Shown: one piece after another, positions 24,875 to 39,800 of the stretch
Layout: each line of letters begins with the position of its first letter
How positions within the stretch are numbered: the first letter of the stretch is position 1
NCBI GenBank assembly: GCA_964016885.1
Contig: OZ024741.1
Location: forward strand, 274,288,001 to 274,352,000
Reading direction: 5' to 3'
Origin: Eledone cirrhosa
Lineage: Eukaryota
Length of the DNA stretch: 64,000 nt
The notes under the pieces: generated by a model
Database searches by the model: none
Seen by the model: only the letters and a program-made list of their open reading frames with translations
Told to the model about the DNA's origin: nothing
Position numbers and translations under genes: made by a program

Positions 24875-27800
24875 CACATTACCTGGGACGGGACAGAAAT
24901 CTGTTTGTAGGTTAACATACTACCTGAGTGGGATCACTTTGAAGGTTAACACACTACGTGGGACGGGACAGAAATCTGTTGGTAGGTAAACATGCTACGT
25001 GGGACGGTACACAGATCCCTCGGGAGGTTAACATATTGCAAGAGACGTGACACAGATCCGTTGGTAGGTTAACACACTACGTGGGAGGGGACACTAATCC
25101 GTTGGTAGGAGACACTAATCCGTTGGTAGGTTAACACACTATGTGGGAGGGGACACTAATCCGTTGGTAGGAGACACTAATCCTTTGGTAGGTTAACACA
25201 CTACGTGGGAGGGGACACTAATCCGATGGTAGGAGACACTAATCCGTTGGTAGGTTAACACACTATGCGGGAGGGGACACTAATCCGTTGGTAGGAGACA
25301 CTAATCCGTTGGTAGGTTAACACACTATGTAGGAGAGGACACTAATCCGTTGGTAGGTTAACACACTATGCGGGAGGGGACACTAATCCGTTGGTAGGAG
25401 ACACTAATCCGTTGGTAGGTTAACACACTATGCGGGAGGGGACACTAATCCGTTGGTAGGAGACACTAATCCGTTGGTAGGTTAACACACTATGTGGGAG
25501 GGGAGACTAATCCGTTGGTAGGAGACACTAATCCGTTGGTAGGTTAACACACTATGTGGGAGGGGACACTAATCCGTTGGTAGGAGACACTAATCCGTTG
25601 GTAGGTTAACACACTGTGTGGGAGGGGACACTAATCCGTTGGTAGGAGACACTAATCCGTTGGTAGGTTAACACACTATGTGGGAGGGGACACCAATCCG
25701 TTGGTAGGTTAACACACTATGTGGGAGGGGACACTAATCCGTTGGTAGGTTAACACACTATGTGGGAGGGGACACTAATCCGTTGGTAGGAGACACTAAT
25801 CCGTTGGTAGGTTAACACACTATGTGGGAGGGGACACTAATCCGTTGGTAGGAGACACTAATCTGTTGGTAGGTTAACACACTATGTGGGAGGGGACAAC
25901 AATCCGTTGGTAGGTTAACACACTATGTGGGAGGGGACACTAATCCGTTGGTAGGTTAACACACTATGTGGGAGGGGACACTAATCCGTTGGTAGGAGAC
26001 ACTAATCCGTTGGTAGGTTAACACACTATGTGGGAGGGGACACTAATCCGTTGGTAGGAGACACTAATCCGTTGGTAGGTTAACACACTATGTGGGAGGG
26101 GACACCAATCCGTTGGTAGGTTAACACACTATGTGGGAGGGGACACTAATCCGTTGGTAGGTTAACACACTATGTGGGAGGGGACACTAATCCGTTGGTA
26201 GGAGACACTAATCCGTTGGTAGGTTAACACACTATGTGGGAGGGGACACTAATCCGTTGGTAGGAGACACTAATCCGTTGGTAGGTTAACACACTATGTG
26301 GGAGGGGACACTAATCCGTTGGTAGGAGACACTAATCCGTTGGTAGGTTAACACACTATGTGGGAGAGGACACTAATCCGTTGGTAGGAGACACTAATCC
26401 GTTGGTAGGTTAACACACTATGTGGGAGGGGACACCAATCCGTTGGTAGGAGACACTAATCCGTTGGTAGGTTAACACACTATGTGGGAGGGGACACTAA
26501 TCCGTTGGTAGGAGACACTAATCCGTTGGTAGGTTAACACACTATGTGGGAGGGGACACCGATCCGTTGGTAGGAGACACTAATCCGTTGGTAGGTTAAC
26601 ACACTATGTGGGAGAGGACACTAATCCGTTGGTAGGTTAACACACTATGCGGGAGGGGACACTAATCCGTTGGTAGGTTAACACACTATGCGGGAGGGGA
26701 CACTAATCCGTTGGTAGGAGACACTAATCCGTTGGTAGGTTAACACACTATGTGGGAGGGGAGACTAATCCGTTGGTAGGAGACACTAATCCGTTGGTAG
26801 GTTAACACACTATGTGGGAGGGGACACTAATCCGTTGGTAGGAGACACTAATCCGTTGGTAGGTTAACACACTGTGTGGGAGGGGACACTAATCCGTTGG
26901 TAGGAGACACTAATCCGTTGGTAGGTTAACACACTATGTGGGAGGGGACACCAATCCGTTGGTAGGTTAACACACTATGTGGGAGGGGACACTAATCCGT
27001 TGGTAGGTTAACACACTATGTGGGAGGGGACACTAATCCGTTGGTAGGAGACACTAATCCGTTGGTAGGTTAACACACTATGTGGGAGGGGACACTAATC
27101 CGTTGGTAGGAGACACTAATCTGTTGGTAGGTTAACACACTATGTGGGAGGGGACAACAATCCGTTGGTAGGTTAACACACTATGTGGGAGGGGACACTA
27201 ATCCGTTGGTAGGTTAACACACTATGTGGGAGGGGACACTAATCCGTTGGTAGGAGACACTAATCCGTTGGTAGGTTAACACACTATGTGGGAGGGGACA
27301 CTAATCCGTTGGTAGGAGACACTAATCCGTTGGTAGATTAACACACTATGTGGGAGGGGACACCAATCCGTTGGTAGGTTAACACACTATGTGGGAGGGG
27401 ACACTAATCCGTTGGTAGGTTAACACACTATGTGGGAGGGGACACTAATCCGTTGGTAGGAGACACTAATCCGTTGGTAGGTTAACACACTATGTGGGAG
27501 GGGACACTAATCCGTTGGTAGGAGACTCTAATCCGTTGGTAGGTTAACACACTATGTGGGAGGGGACACTAATCCGTTGGTAGGAGACACTAATCCGTTG
27601 GTAGGTTAACACACTATGTGGGAGAGGACACTAATCCGTTGGTAGGAGACACTAATCCGTTGGTAGGTTAACACACTATGTGGGAGGGGACACCAATCCG
27701 TTGGTAGGAGACACTAATCCGTTGGTAGGTTAACACACTATGTGGGAGGGGACACTAATCCGTTGGTAGGAGACACTAATCCGTTGGTAGGTTAACACAC

Positions 27801-30800
27801 TATGTGGGAGGGGACACCGATCCGTTGGTAGGAGACACTAATCCGTTGGTAGGTTAACACACTATGTGGGAGAGGACACTAATCCGTTGGTAGGAGACAC
27901 TAATCCGTTGGTAGGTTAACACACTATGTGGGAGAGGACACTAATCCGTTGGTAGGTTAACACACTATGTGGGAGAGGACACTAATCCGTTGGTAGGAGA
28001 CACTAATCCGTTGGTAGGTTAACACACTATGTGGGAGGGGACACTAATCCGTTGGTAGGAGACACTAATCCGTTGGTAGGTTAACACACTATGTGGGAGG
28101 GGACACTAATCCGTTGGTAGGAGACACTAATCCGTTGGTAGGTTAACACACTATGTGGGAGAGGACACTAATCCGTTGGTATGAGACACTAATCCGTCGG
28201 TAGGTTAACACACTATGTGGGAGAGGACACTAATCCGTTGGTAGGAGACACTAATCCGTTGGTAGGTTAATACACTATGTGGGAGAGGACACTAATCCGT
28301 TGGTAGGTTAACACACTATGTGGGAGAGGACACTAATCCGTTGGTAGGTTAACACACTATGTGGGAGAGGACACTAATCCGTTGGTAGGTTAACACACTA
28401 TGTGGGAGAGGACACTGATCCGTTGGTAGGTTAACACACTATGTGGGAGAGGACACTAATCCGTTGGTAGGTTAACACACTATGTGGGAGAGGACACTAA
28501 TCCGTTGGTAGGTTAACACACTATGTGGGAGAGGACACTAATCCGTTGGTAGGAGACACTAATCCGTTGGTAGGTTAACACACTATGTGGGAGAGGACAC
28601 TAATCCGTTGGTAGGTTAACACACTATGTGGGAGAGGACACTAATCCGTTGGTAGGAGACACTAATCCGTTGGTAGGTTAACACACTATGTGGGAGTGGA
28701 CACTAATCCGTTGGTAGGAGACACTAATCCGTTGGTAGGTTAACACACTATGTGGGAGAGGACACTAATCCGTTGGTAGGAGACACTAATCCGTTGGTAG
28801 GTTAACACACTATGTGGGAGAGGACACTAATCCGTTGGTAGGTTAACACACTATGTGGGAGAGGACACTAATCCGTTGGTAGGTTAACACACTATGTGGG
28901 AGAGGACACTAATCCGTTGGTAGGAGACACTAATCCGTTGGTAGGAGACACTAATCCGTTGGTAGGTTAACACACTATGTAGGAGAGGACACTAATCCGT
29001 TGGTAGGAGACACTAATCCGTTGGTAGGTTAACACACTATGTGGGAGGGGACACTAATCCGTTGGTAGGAGACACTAATCCGTTGGTAGGTTAACACACT
29101 ATGTGGGAGGGGACACTAATCCGTTGGTAGGAGACACTAATCCGTTGGTAGGTTAACACACTATGTGGGAGGGGACACTAATCCGTTGGTAGGAGACACT
29201 AATCCGTTGGTAGGTTAACACACTATGTGGGAGGGGACACCAATCCGTTGGTAGGTTAACACACTATGTGGGAGGGGACACTAATCCGTTGGTAGGTTAA
29301 CACACTATGTGGGAGGGGACACTAATCCGTTGGTAGGAGACACTAATCCGTTGGTAGGTTAACACACTATGTGGGAGGGGACACTAATCCGTTGGTAGGA
29401 TACACTAATCCGTTGGTAGGTTAACACACTATGTGGGAGGGGACAACAATCCGTTGGTAGGTTAACACACTATGTGGGAGGGGACACTAATCCGTTGGTA
29501 GGTTAACACACTATGTGGGAGGGGACACTAATCCGTTGGTAGGAGACACTAATCCGTTGGTAGGTTAACACACTATGTGGGAGGGGACACTAATCCGTTG
29601 GTAGGAGACACTAATCCGTTGGTAGGTTAACACACTATGTGGGAGGGGACACTAATCCGTTGGTAGGTTAACACACTATGTGGGAGGGGACACTAATCCG
29701 TTGGTAGGAGACACTAATCCGTTGGTAGGTTAACACACTATGTGGGAGAGGACACTAATCCGTTGGTAGGAGACACTAATCCGTTGGTAGGTAAACACAC
29801 TATGTGGGAGGGGACACTAATCCGTTGGTAGGAGACACTAATCCGTTGGTAGGTTAACACACTATGTGGGAGGGGACACTAATCCGTTGGTAGGAGACAC
29901 TAATCCGTTGGTAGGTTAACACACTATGTGGGAGAGGACACTAATCCGTTGGTAGGAGACACTAATCCGTTGGTAGGTTAACACACTATGTGGGAGAGGA
30001 CACTAATCCGTTGGTAGGAGACACTAATCCGTTGGTATGTTAACACACTATGTGGGAGAGGACACTAATCCGTTGGTAGGTTAACACACTATGTGGGAGA
30101 GGACACTAATCCGTTGGTAGGTTAACACACTATGTGGGAGAGGACACTAATCCGTTGGTAGGTTAACACACTATGTGGGAGAGGACACTAATCCGTTGGT
30201 AGGTTAACACACTATGTGGGAGAGGACACTAATCCGTTGGTAGGTTAACACACTATGTGGGAGAGGACACTAATCCGTTGGTAGGAGACACTAATCCGTT
30301 GGTAGGTTAACACACTATGTGGGAGAGGACACTAATCCGTTGGTAGGTTAACACACTATGTGGGAGAGGACACTAATCCGTTGGTAGGAGACACTAATCC
30401 GTTGGTAGGTTAACACACTATGTGGGAGAGGACACTAATCCGTTGGTAGGAGACACTAATCCGTTGGTAGGTTAACACACTATGTGGGAGAGGACACTAA
30501 TCCGTTGGTAGGAGACACTAATCCGTTGGTAGGTTAACACACTATGTGGGAGAGGACACTAATCCGTTGGTAGGAGACACTAATCCGTTGGTAGGTTAAC
30601 ACACTATGTGGGAGAGGACACTAATCCGTTGGTAGGTTAACACACTATGTGGGAGAGGACACTAATCCGTTGGTAGGTTAACACACTATGTGGGAGAGGA
30701 CACTAATCCGTTGGTAGGTTAACACACTATGTGGGAGAGGACACTAATCCGTTGGTAGGTTAACACACTATGTGGGAGAGGACACTAATCCGTTGGTAGG

Positions 30801-33800
30801 AGACACTAATCCGTTGGTAGGTTAACACACTATGTGGGAGAGGACACTAATCCGTTGGTAGGTTAACACACTATGTGGGAGAGGACACTAATCCGTTGGT
30901 AGGAGACACTAATCCGTTGGTAGGTTAACACACTATGTGGGAGAGGACACTAATCCGTTGGTAGGTTAACACACTATGTGGGAGAGGACACTAATCCGTT
31001 GGTAGGTTAACACACTATGTGGGAGAGGACACTAATCCGTTGGTAGGAGACACTAATCCGTTGGTAGTTAACACACTATGTGGGAGAGGACACTAATCCG
31101 TTGGTAGGTTAACACACTATGTGGGAGAGGACACTAATCCGTTGGTAGGTTAACACACTATGTGGGAGAGGACACTAATCCGTTGGTAGGAGACACTAAT
31201 CCGTTGGTAGGTTAACACACTATGTGGGAGAGGACACTAATCCGTTGGTAGGAGACACTAATCCGTTGGTAGGTTAACACACTATGTGGGAGAGGACACT
31301 AATCCGTTGGTAGGTTAACACACTATGTGGGAGAGGACACTAATCCGTTGGTAGGAGACACTAATCCGTTGGTAGGTTAACACACTATGTGGGAGAGGAC
31401 ATTAATCCGTTGGTAGGTTAACACACTATGTGGGAGAGGACACTAATCCGTTGGTAGGTTAACACACTATGTGGGAGAGGACACTAATCCGTTGGTAGGT
31501 TAACACACTATGTGGGAGAGGACACTAATCCGTTGGTAGGAGACACTAATCCGTTGGTAGGTTAACACACTATGTGGGAGAGGACACTAATCCGTTGGTA
31601 GGAGACACTAATCCGTTGGTAGGTTAACACACTATGTGGGAGAGGACACTAATCCGTTGGTAGGTTAACACACTATGTGGGAGGGGACACTAATCCGTTG
31701 GTAGGTTAACACACTATGTGGGATAGGACACTAATCCGTTGGTAGGTTAACACACTATGTTGGAGAGGACACTAATCCGTTGGTAGGTTAACACACTATG
31801 TGGGAGAGGACACTAATCCGTTGGTAGGTTAACACACTATGTGGGAGAGGACACTAATCCGTTGGTAGGTTAACACACTATGTGGGAGAGGACACTAATC
31901 CGTTGGTAGGAGACACTAATCCGTTGGTAGGTTAACACAATATGTGGGAGAGGACACTAATCCGTTGGTAGGTTAACACACTATGTGGGAGGGGACACTA
32001 ATCCGTTGGTAGGTTAACACACTATGTGGGAGAGGACACTAATCCGTTGGTAGGTTAACACACTATGTGGGAGAGGACACTAATCCGTTGGTAGGTTAAC
32101 ACACTATGTGGGAGATGACACTAATCCGTTGGTAGGTTAACACACTATGTGGGAGAGGACACTAATCCGTTGGTAGGAGACACTAATCCGTTGGTAGGTT
32201 AACACACTATGTGGGAGGGGACACTAATCCGTTGGTAGGTTAACACACTATGTGGGAGGGGACACTAATCCGTTGGTAGGTTAACACACTATGTGGGAGA
32301 GGACACTAATCCGTTGGTAGGTTAACACACTATGTGGGAGAGGACACTACTCCGTTGGTAGGTTAACACACTATGTGGGAGGGGACACTAATCCGTTGGT
32401 AGGTTAACACACTATGTGGGAGAGGACACTAATCCGTTGGTAGGAGACACTAATCCGTTGGTAGGTTAACACACTATGTGGGAGAGGACACTAATCCGTT
32501 GGTAGGTTAACACACTATGTGGGAGAGGACACTAATCCGTTGCTAGGTTAACACACTATGTGGGAGAGGACACTAATCCGTTGGTAGGTTAACACACTAT
32601 GTGGGAGAGGACACTAATCCGTTGGTAGGTTAACACACTATGTGGGAGAGGACACTAATCCGTTGGTAGGAGACACTAATCCGTTGGTAGGTTAACACAC
32701 TATGTGGGAGAGGACACTAATCCGTTGGTAGGTTAACACACTATGTGGGAGAGGACACTAATCCGTTGGTAGGAGACACTAATCCGTTGGTAGGTTAACA
32801 CACTATGTGGGAGAGGACACTAATTCGTTGGTAGGAGACACTAATCCGTTGGTAGGTTAACACACTATGTGGGAGAGGACACTAATCCGTTGGTAGGTTA
32901 ACACACTATGTGGGAGAGGACACTAATCCGTTGGTAGGTTAACACACTATGTGGGAGAGGACACTAATCCTTTGGTAGGAGACACTAATCCGTTGGTAGG
33001 TTAACACACTATGTGGGAGAGGACACTAATCCGTTGGTAGGTTAACACACTATGTGGGAGAGGACACTAATCCGTTGGTAGGTTAACACACTATGTGGGA
33101 GGGGACACTAATCCGTTGGTAGGTTAACACACTATGTGGGAGAGGACACTAATCCGTTGGTAGGAGACACTAATCCGTTGGTAGGTTAACACACTATGTG
33201 GGAGAGGACACCAATCCGTTGGTAGGTTAACACACTATGTGGGAGGGGACACCAATCCGTTGGTAGGTTAACACACTATGTGGGAGGGGACACTAATCCG
33301 TTGGCAGGTTAACACACTATGTGGGAGGGGACACTAATCCGTTGGTAGGAGACACTAATCCGTTGGTAGGTTAACACACTATGTGGGAGGGGACACTAAT
33401 CCGTTGGTATGAGACACTAATCCGTTGGTAGGTTAACACACTATGTGGGAGGGGACACCAATCCGTTGGTAGGTTAACACACTATGTGGGAGGGGACACT
33501 AATCCGTTGGTAGGTTAACACACTATGTGGGAGGGGACACTAATCCGTTGGTAGGAGACACTAATCCGTTGGTAGGTTAACACACTATGTGGGAGGGGAC
33601 ACCAATCCGTTGGTAGGTTAACACACTATGTGGGAGGGGACACTAATCCGTTGGTAGGTTAACACACTATGTGGGAGGTGACACTAATCCGTTGGTAGGA
33701 GACACTAATCCGTTGGTAGGTTAACACACTATGTGGGAGAGGACACTAATCCGTTGGTAGGAGACACTAATCCGTTGGTAGGTTAACACACTATGTGGGA

Positions 33801-36800
33801 GAGGACATTAATCCGTTGGTAGGTTAACACACTATGTGGGAGAGGACACTAATCCGTTGGTAGGTTAACACACTATGTGGGAGAGGACACTAATCCGTTG
33901 GTAGGTTAACACACTATGTGGGAGAGGACACTAATCCGTTGGTAGGAGACACTAATCCGTTGGTAGGTTAACACACTATGTGGGAGAGGACACTAATCCG
34001 TTGGTAGGAGACACTAATCCGTTGGTAGGTTAACACACTATGTGGGAGAGGACACTAATCCGTTGGTAGGTTAACACACTATGTGGGAGGGGACACTAAT
34101 CCGTTGGTAGGTTAACACACTATGTGGGATAGGACACTAATCCGTTGGTAGGTTAACACACTATGTTGGAGAGGACACTAATCCGTTGGTAGGTTAACAC
34201 ACTATGTGGGAGAGGACACTAATCCGTTGGTAGGTTAACACACTATGTGGGAGAGGACACTAATCCGTTGGTAGGTTAACACACTATGTGGGAGAGGACA
34301 CTAATCCGTTGGTAGGAGACACTAATCCGTTGGTAGGTTAACACAATATGTGGGAGAGGACACTAATCCGTTGGTAGGTTAACACACTATGTGGGAGGGG
34401 ACACTAATCCGTTGGTAGGTTAACACACTATGTGGGAGAGGACACTAATCCGTTGGTAGGTTAACACACTATGTGGGAGAGGACACTAATCCGTTGGTAG
34501 GTTAACACACTATGTGGGAGATGACACTAATCCGTTGGTAGGTTAACACACTATGTGGGAGAGGACACTAATCCGTTGGTAGGAGACACTAATCCGTTGG
34601 TAGGTTAACACACTATGTGGGAGGGGACACTAATCCGTTGGTAGGTTAACACACTATGTGGGAGGGGACACTAATCCGTTGGTAGGTTAACACACTATGT
34701 GGGAGAGGACACTAATCCGTTGGTAGGTTAACACACTATGTGGGAGAGGACACTACTCCGTTGGTAGGTTAACACACTATGTGGGAGGGGACACTAATCC
34801 GTTGGTAGGTTAACACACTATGTGGGAGAGGACACTAATCCGTTGGTAGGAGACACTAATCCGTTGGTAGGTTAACACACTATGTGGGAGAGGACACTAA
34901 TCCGTTGGTAGGTTAACACACTATGTGGGAGAGGACACTAATCCGTTGCTAGGTTAACACACTATGTGGGAGAGGACACTAATCCGTTGGTAGGTTAACA
35001 CACTATGTGGGAGAGGACACTAATCCGTTGGTAGGTTAACACACTATGTGGGAGAGGACACTAATCCGTTGGTAGGAGACACTAATCCGTTGGTAGGTTA
35101 ACACACTATGTGGGAGAGGACACTAATCCGTTGGTAGGTTAACACACTATGTGGGAGAGGACACTAATCCGTTGGTAGGAGACACTAATCCGTTGGTAGG
35201 TTAACACACTATGTGGGAGAGGACACTAATTCGTTGGTAGGAGACACTAATCCGTTGGTAGGTTAACACACTATGTGGGAGAGGACACTAATCCGTTGGT
35301 AGGTTAACACACTATGTGGGAGAGGACACTAATCCGTTGGTAGGTTAACACACTATGTGGGAGAGGACACTAATCCTTTGGTAGGAGACACTAATCCGTT
35401 GGTAGGTTAACACACTATGTGGGAGAGGACACTAATCCGTTGGTAGGTTAACACACTATGTGGGAGAGGACACTAATCCGTTGGTAGGTTAACACACTAT
35501 GTGGGAGGGGACACTAATCCGTTGGTAGGTTAACACACTATGTGGGAGAGGACACTAATCCGTTGGTAGGAGACACTAATCCGTTGGTAGGTTAACACAC
35601 TATGTGGGAGAGGACACCAATCCGTTGGTAGGTTAACACACTATGTGGGAGGGGACACCAATCCGTTGGTAGGTTAACACACTATGTGGGAGGGGACACT
35701 AATCCGTTGGCAGGTTAACACACTATGTGGGAGGGGACACTAATCCGTTGGTAGGAGACACTAATCCGTTGGTAGGTTAACACACTATGTGGGAGGGGAC
35801 ACTAATCCGTTGGTATGAGACACTAATCCGTTGGTAGGTTAACACACTATGTGGGAGGGGACACCAATCCGTTGGTAGGTTAACACACTATGTGGGAGGG
35901 GACACTAATCCGTTGGTAGGTTAACACACTATGTGGGAGGGGACACTAATCCGTTGGTAGGAGACACTAATCCGTTGGTAGGTTAACACACTATGTGGGA
36001 GGGGACACCAATCCGTTGGTAGGTTAACACACTATGTGGGAGGGGACACTAATCCGTTGGTAGGTTAACACACTATGTGGGAGGTGACACTAATCCGTTG
36101 GTAGGAGACACTAATCCGTTGGTAGGTTAACACACTATGTGGGAGGGGACACTAATCCGTTGGTAGGAGACACTAATCCGTTGGTAGGTTAACACACTAT
36201 GTGGGAGGGGACACTAATCCGTTGGTAGGAGACACTAATCCGTTGGTAGGTTAACACACTATGTGGGAGGGGACACTAATCCGTTGGTAGGAGACACTAA
36301 TCCGTTGGTAGGTTAACACACTATGTGGGAGAGGACACTAATCCGTTGGTAGGAGACACTAATCCGTTGGTAGGTTAACACACTATGTGGGAGGGGACAC
36401 CAATCCGTTGGTAGGAGACACTAATCCGTTGGTAGGTTAACACACTATGTGGGAGGGGACACTAATCCGTTGGTAGGAGACACTAATCCGTTGGTAGGTT
36501 AACACACTATGTGGGAGAGGACACTAATCCGTTGGTAGGTTAACACACTATGTGGGAGAGGACACTAATCCGTTGGTAGGTTAACACACTATGTGGGAGA
36601 GGACACTAATCCGTTGGTAGGTTAACACACTATGTGGGAGAGGACACTAATCCGTTGGTAGGAGACACTAATCCGTTGGTAGGTTAACACACTATGTGGG
36701 AGAGGACACTAATCCGTTGGTAGGTTAACACACTATGTGGGAGAGGACACTAATCCGTTGGTAGGAGACACTAATCCGTTGGTAGGTTAACACACTATGT

Positions 36801-39800
36801 GGGAGAGGACACTAATCCGTTGGTAGGTTAACACACTATGTGGGAGAGGACACTAATCCGTTGGTAGGTTAACACACTATGTGGGAGAGGACACTAATCC
36901 GTTGGTAGGAGACACTAATCCGTTGGTAGTTAACACACTATGTGGGAGAGGACACTAATCCGTTGGTAGGTTAACACACTATGTGGGAGAGGACACTAAT
37001 CCGTTGGTAGGTTAACACACTATGTGGCAGAGGACACTAATCCGTTGGTAGGAGACACTAATCCGTTGGTAGGTTAACACACTATGTGGGAGAGGACACT
37101 AATCCGTTGGGAGGAGACACTAATCCGTTGGTAGGTTAACACACTATGTGGGAGAGGACACTAATCCGTTGGTAGGTTAACACACTATGTGGGAGAGGAC
37201 ACTAATCCGTTGGTAGGAGACACTAATCCGTTGGTAGGTTAACACACTATGTGGGAGAGGACACTAATCCGTTGGTAGGTTAACACACTATGTGGGAGAG
37301 GACACTAATCCGTTGGTAGGTTAACACACTATGTGGGAGAGGACACTAATCCGTTGGTAGGTTAACACACTATGTGGGAGAGGACACTAATCCGTTGGTA
37401 GGAGACACTAATCCGTTGGTAGGTTAACACACTATGTGGGAGAGGACACTAATCCGTTGGTAGGAGACACTAATCCGTTGGTAGGTTAACACACTATGTG
37501 GGAGAGGACACTAATCCGTTGGTAGGTTAACACACTATGTGGGAGGGGACACTAATCCGTTGGTAGGTTAACACACTATGTGGGATAGGACACTAATCCG
37601 TTGGTAGGTTAACACACTATGTTGGAGAGGACACTAATCCGTTGGTAGGTTAACACACTATGTGGGAGAGGACACTAATCCGTTGGTAGGTTAACACACT
37701 ATGTGGGAGAGGACACTAATCCGTTGGTAGGTTAACACACTATGTGGGAGAGGACACTAATCCGTTGGTAGGAGACACTAATCCGTTGGTAGGTTAACAC
37801 ACTATGTGGGAGAGGACACTAATCCGTTGGTAGGTTAACACACTATGTGGGAGGGGACACTAATCCGTTGGTAGGTTAACACACTATGTGGGAGAGGACA
37901 CTAATCCGTTGGTAGGTTAACACACTATGTGGGAGAGGACACTAATCCGTTGGTAGGTTAACACACTATGTGGGAGATGACACTAATCCGTTGGTAGGTT
38001 AACACACTATGTGGGAGAGGACACTAATCCGTTGGTAGGAGACACTAATCCGTTGGTAGGTTAACACACTATGTGGGAGGGGACACTAATCCGTTGGTAG
38101 GTTAACACACTATGTGGGAGGGGACACTAATCCGTTGGTAGGTTAACACACTATGTGGGAGAGGACACTAATCCGTTGGTAGGTTAACACACTATGTGGG
38201 AGAGGACACTACTCCGTTGGTAGGTTAACACACTATGTGGGAGGGGACACTAATCCGTTGGTAGGTTAACACACTATGTGGGAGAGGACACTAATCCGTT
38301 GGTAGGAGACACTAATCCGTTGGTAGGTTAACACACTATGTGGGAGAGGACACTAATCCGTTGGTAGGTTAACACACTATGTGGGAGAGGACACTAATCC
38401 GTTGCTAGGTTAACACACTATGTGGGAGAGGACACTAATCCGTTGGTAGGTTAACACACTATGTGGGAGAGGACACTAATCCGTTGGTAGGTTAACACAC
38501 TATGTGGGAGAGGACACTAATCCGTTGGTAGGAGACACTAATCCGTTGGTAGGTTAACACACTATGTGGGAGAGGACACTAATCCGTTGGTAGGTTAACA
38601 CACTATGTGGGAGAGGACACTAATCCGTTGGTAGGAGACACTAATCCGTTGGTAGGTTAACACACTATGTGGGAGAGGACACTAATTCGTTGGTAGGAGA
38701 CACTAATCCGTTGGTAGGTTAACACACTATGTGGGAGAGGACACTAATCCGTTGGTAGGTTAACACACTATGTGGGAGAGGACACTAATCCGTTGGTAGG
38801 TTAACACACTATGTGGGAGAGGACACTAATCCTTTGGTAGGAGACACTAATCCGTTGGTAGGTTAACACACTATGTGGGAGAGGACACTAATCCGTTGGT
38901 AGGTTAACACACTATGTGGGAGAGGACACTAATCCGTTGGTAGGTTAACACACTATGTGGGAGGGGACACTAATCCGTTGGTAGGTTAACACACTATGTG
39001 GGAGAGGACACTAATCCGTTGGTAGGAGACACTAATCCGTTGGTAGGTTAACACACTATGTGGGAGAGGACACCAATCCGTTGGTAGGTTAACACACTAT
39101 GTGGGAGGGGACACCAATCCGTTGGTAGGTTAACACACTATGTGGGAGGGGACACTAATCCGTTGGCAGGTTAACACACTATGTGGGAGGGGACACTAAT
39201 CCGTTGGTAGGAGACACTAATCCGTTGGTAGGTTAACACACTATGTGGGAGGGGACACTAATCCGTTGGTATGAGACACTAATCCGTTGGTAGGTTAACA
39301 CACTATGTGGGAGGGGACACCAATCCGTTGGTAGGTTAACACACTATGTGGGAGGGGACACTAATCCGTTGGTAGGTTAACACACTATGTGGGAGGGGAC
39401 ACTAATCCGTTGGTAGGAGACACTAATCCGTTGGTAGGTTAACACACTATGTGGGAGGGGACACCAATCCGTTGGTAGGTTAACACACTATGTGGGAGGG
39501 GACACTAATCCGTTGGTAGGTTAACACACTATGTGGGAGGTGACACTAATCCGTTGGTAGGAGACACTAATCCGTTGGTAGGTTAACACACTATGTGGGA
39601 GGGGACACTAATCCGTTGGTAGGAGACACTAATCCGTTGGTAGGTTAACACACTATGTGGGAGGGGACACTAATCCGTTGGTAGGAGACACTAATCCGTT
39701 GGTAGGTTAACACACTATGTGGGAGGGGACACTAATCCGTTGGTAGGAGACACTAATCCGTTGGTAGGTTAACACACTATGTGGGAGAGGACACTAATCC

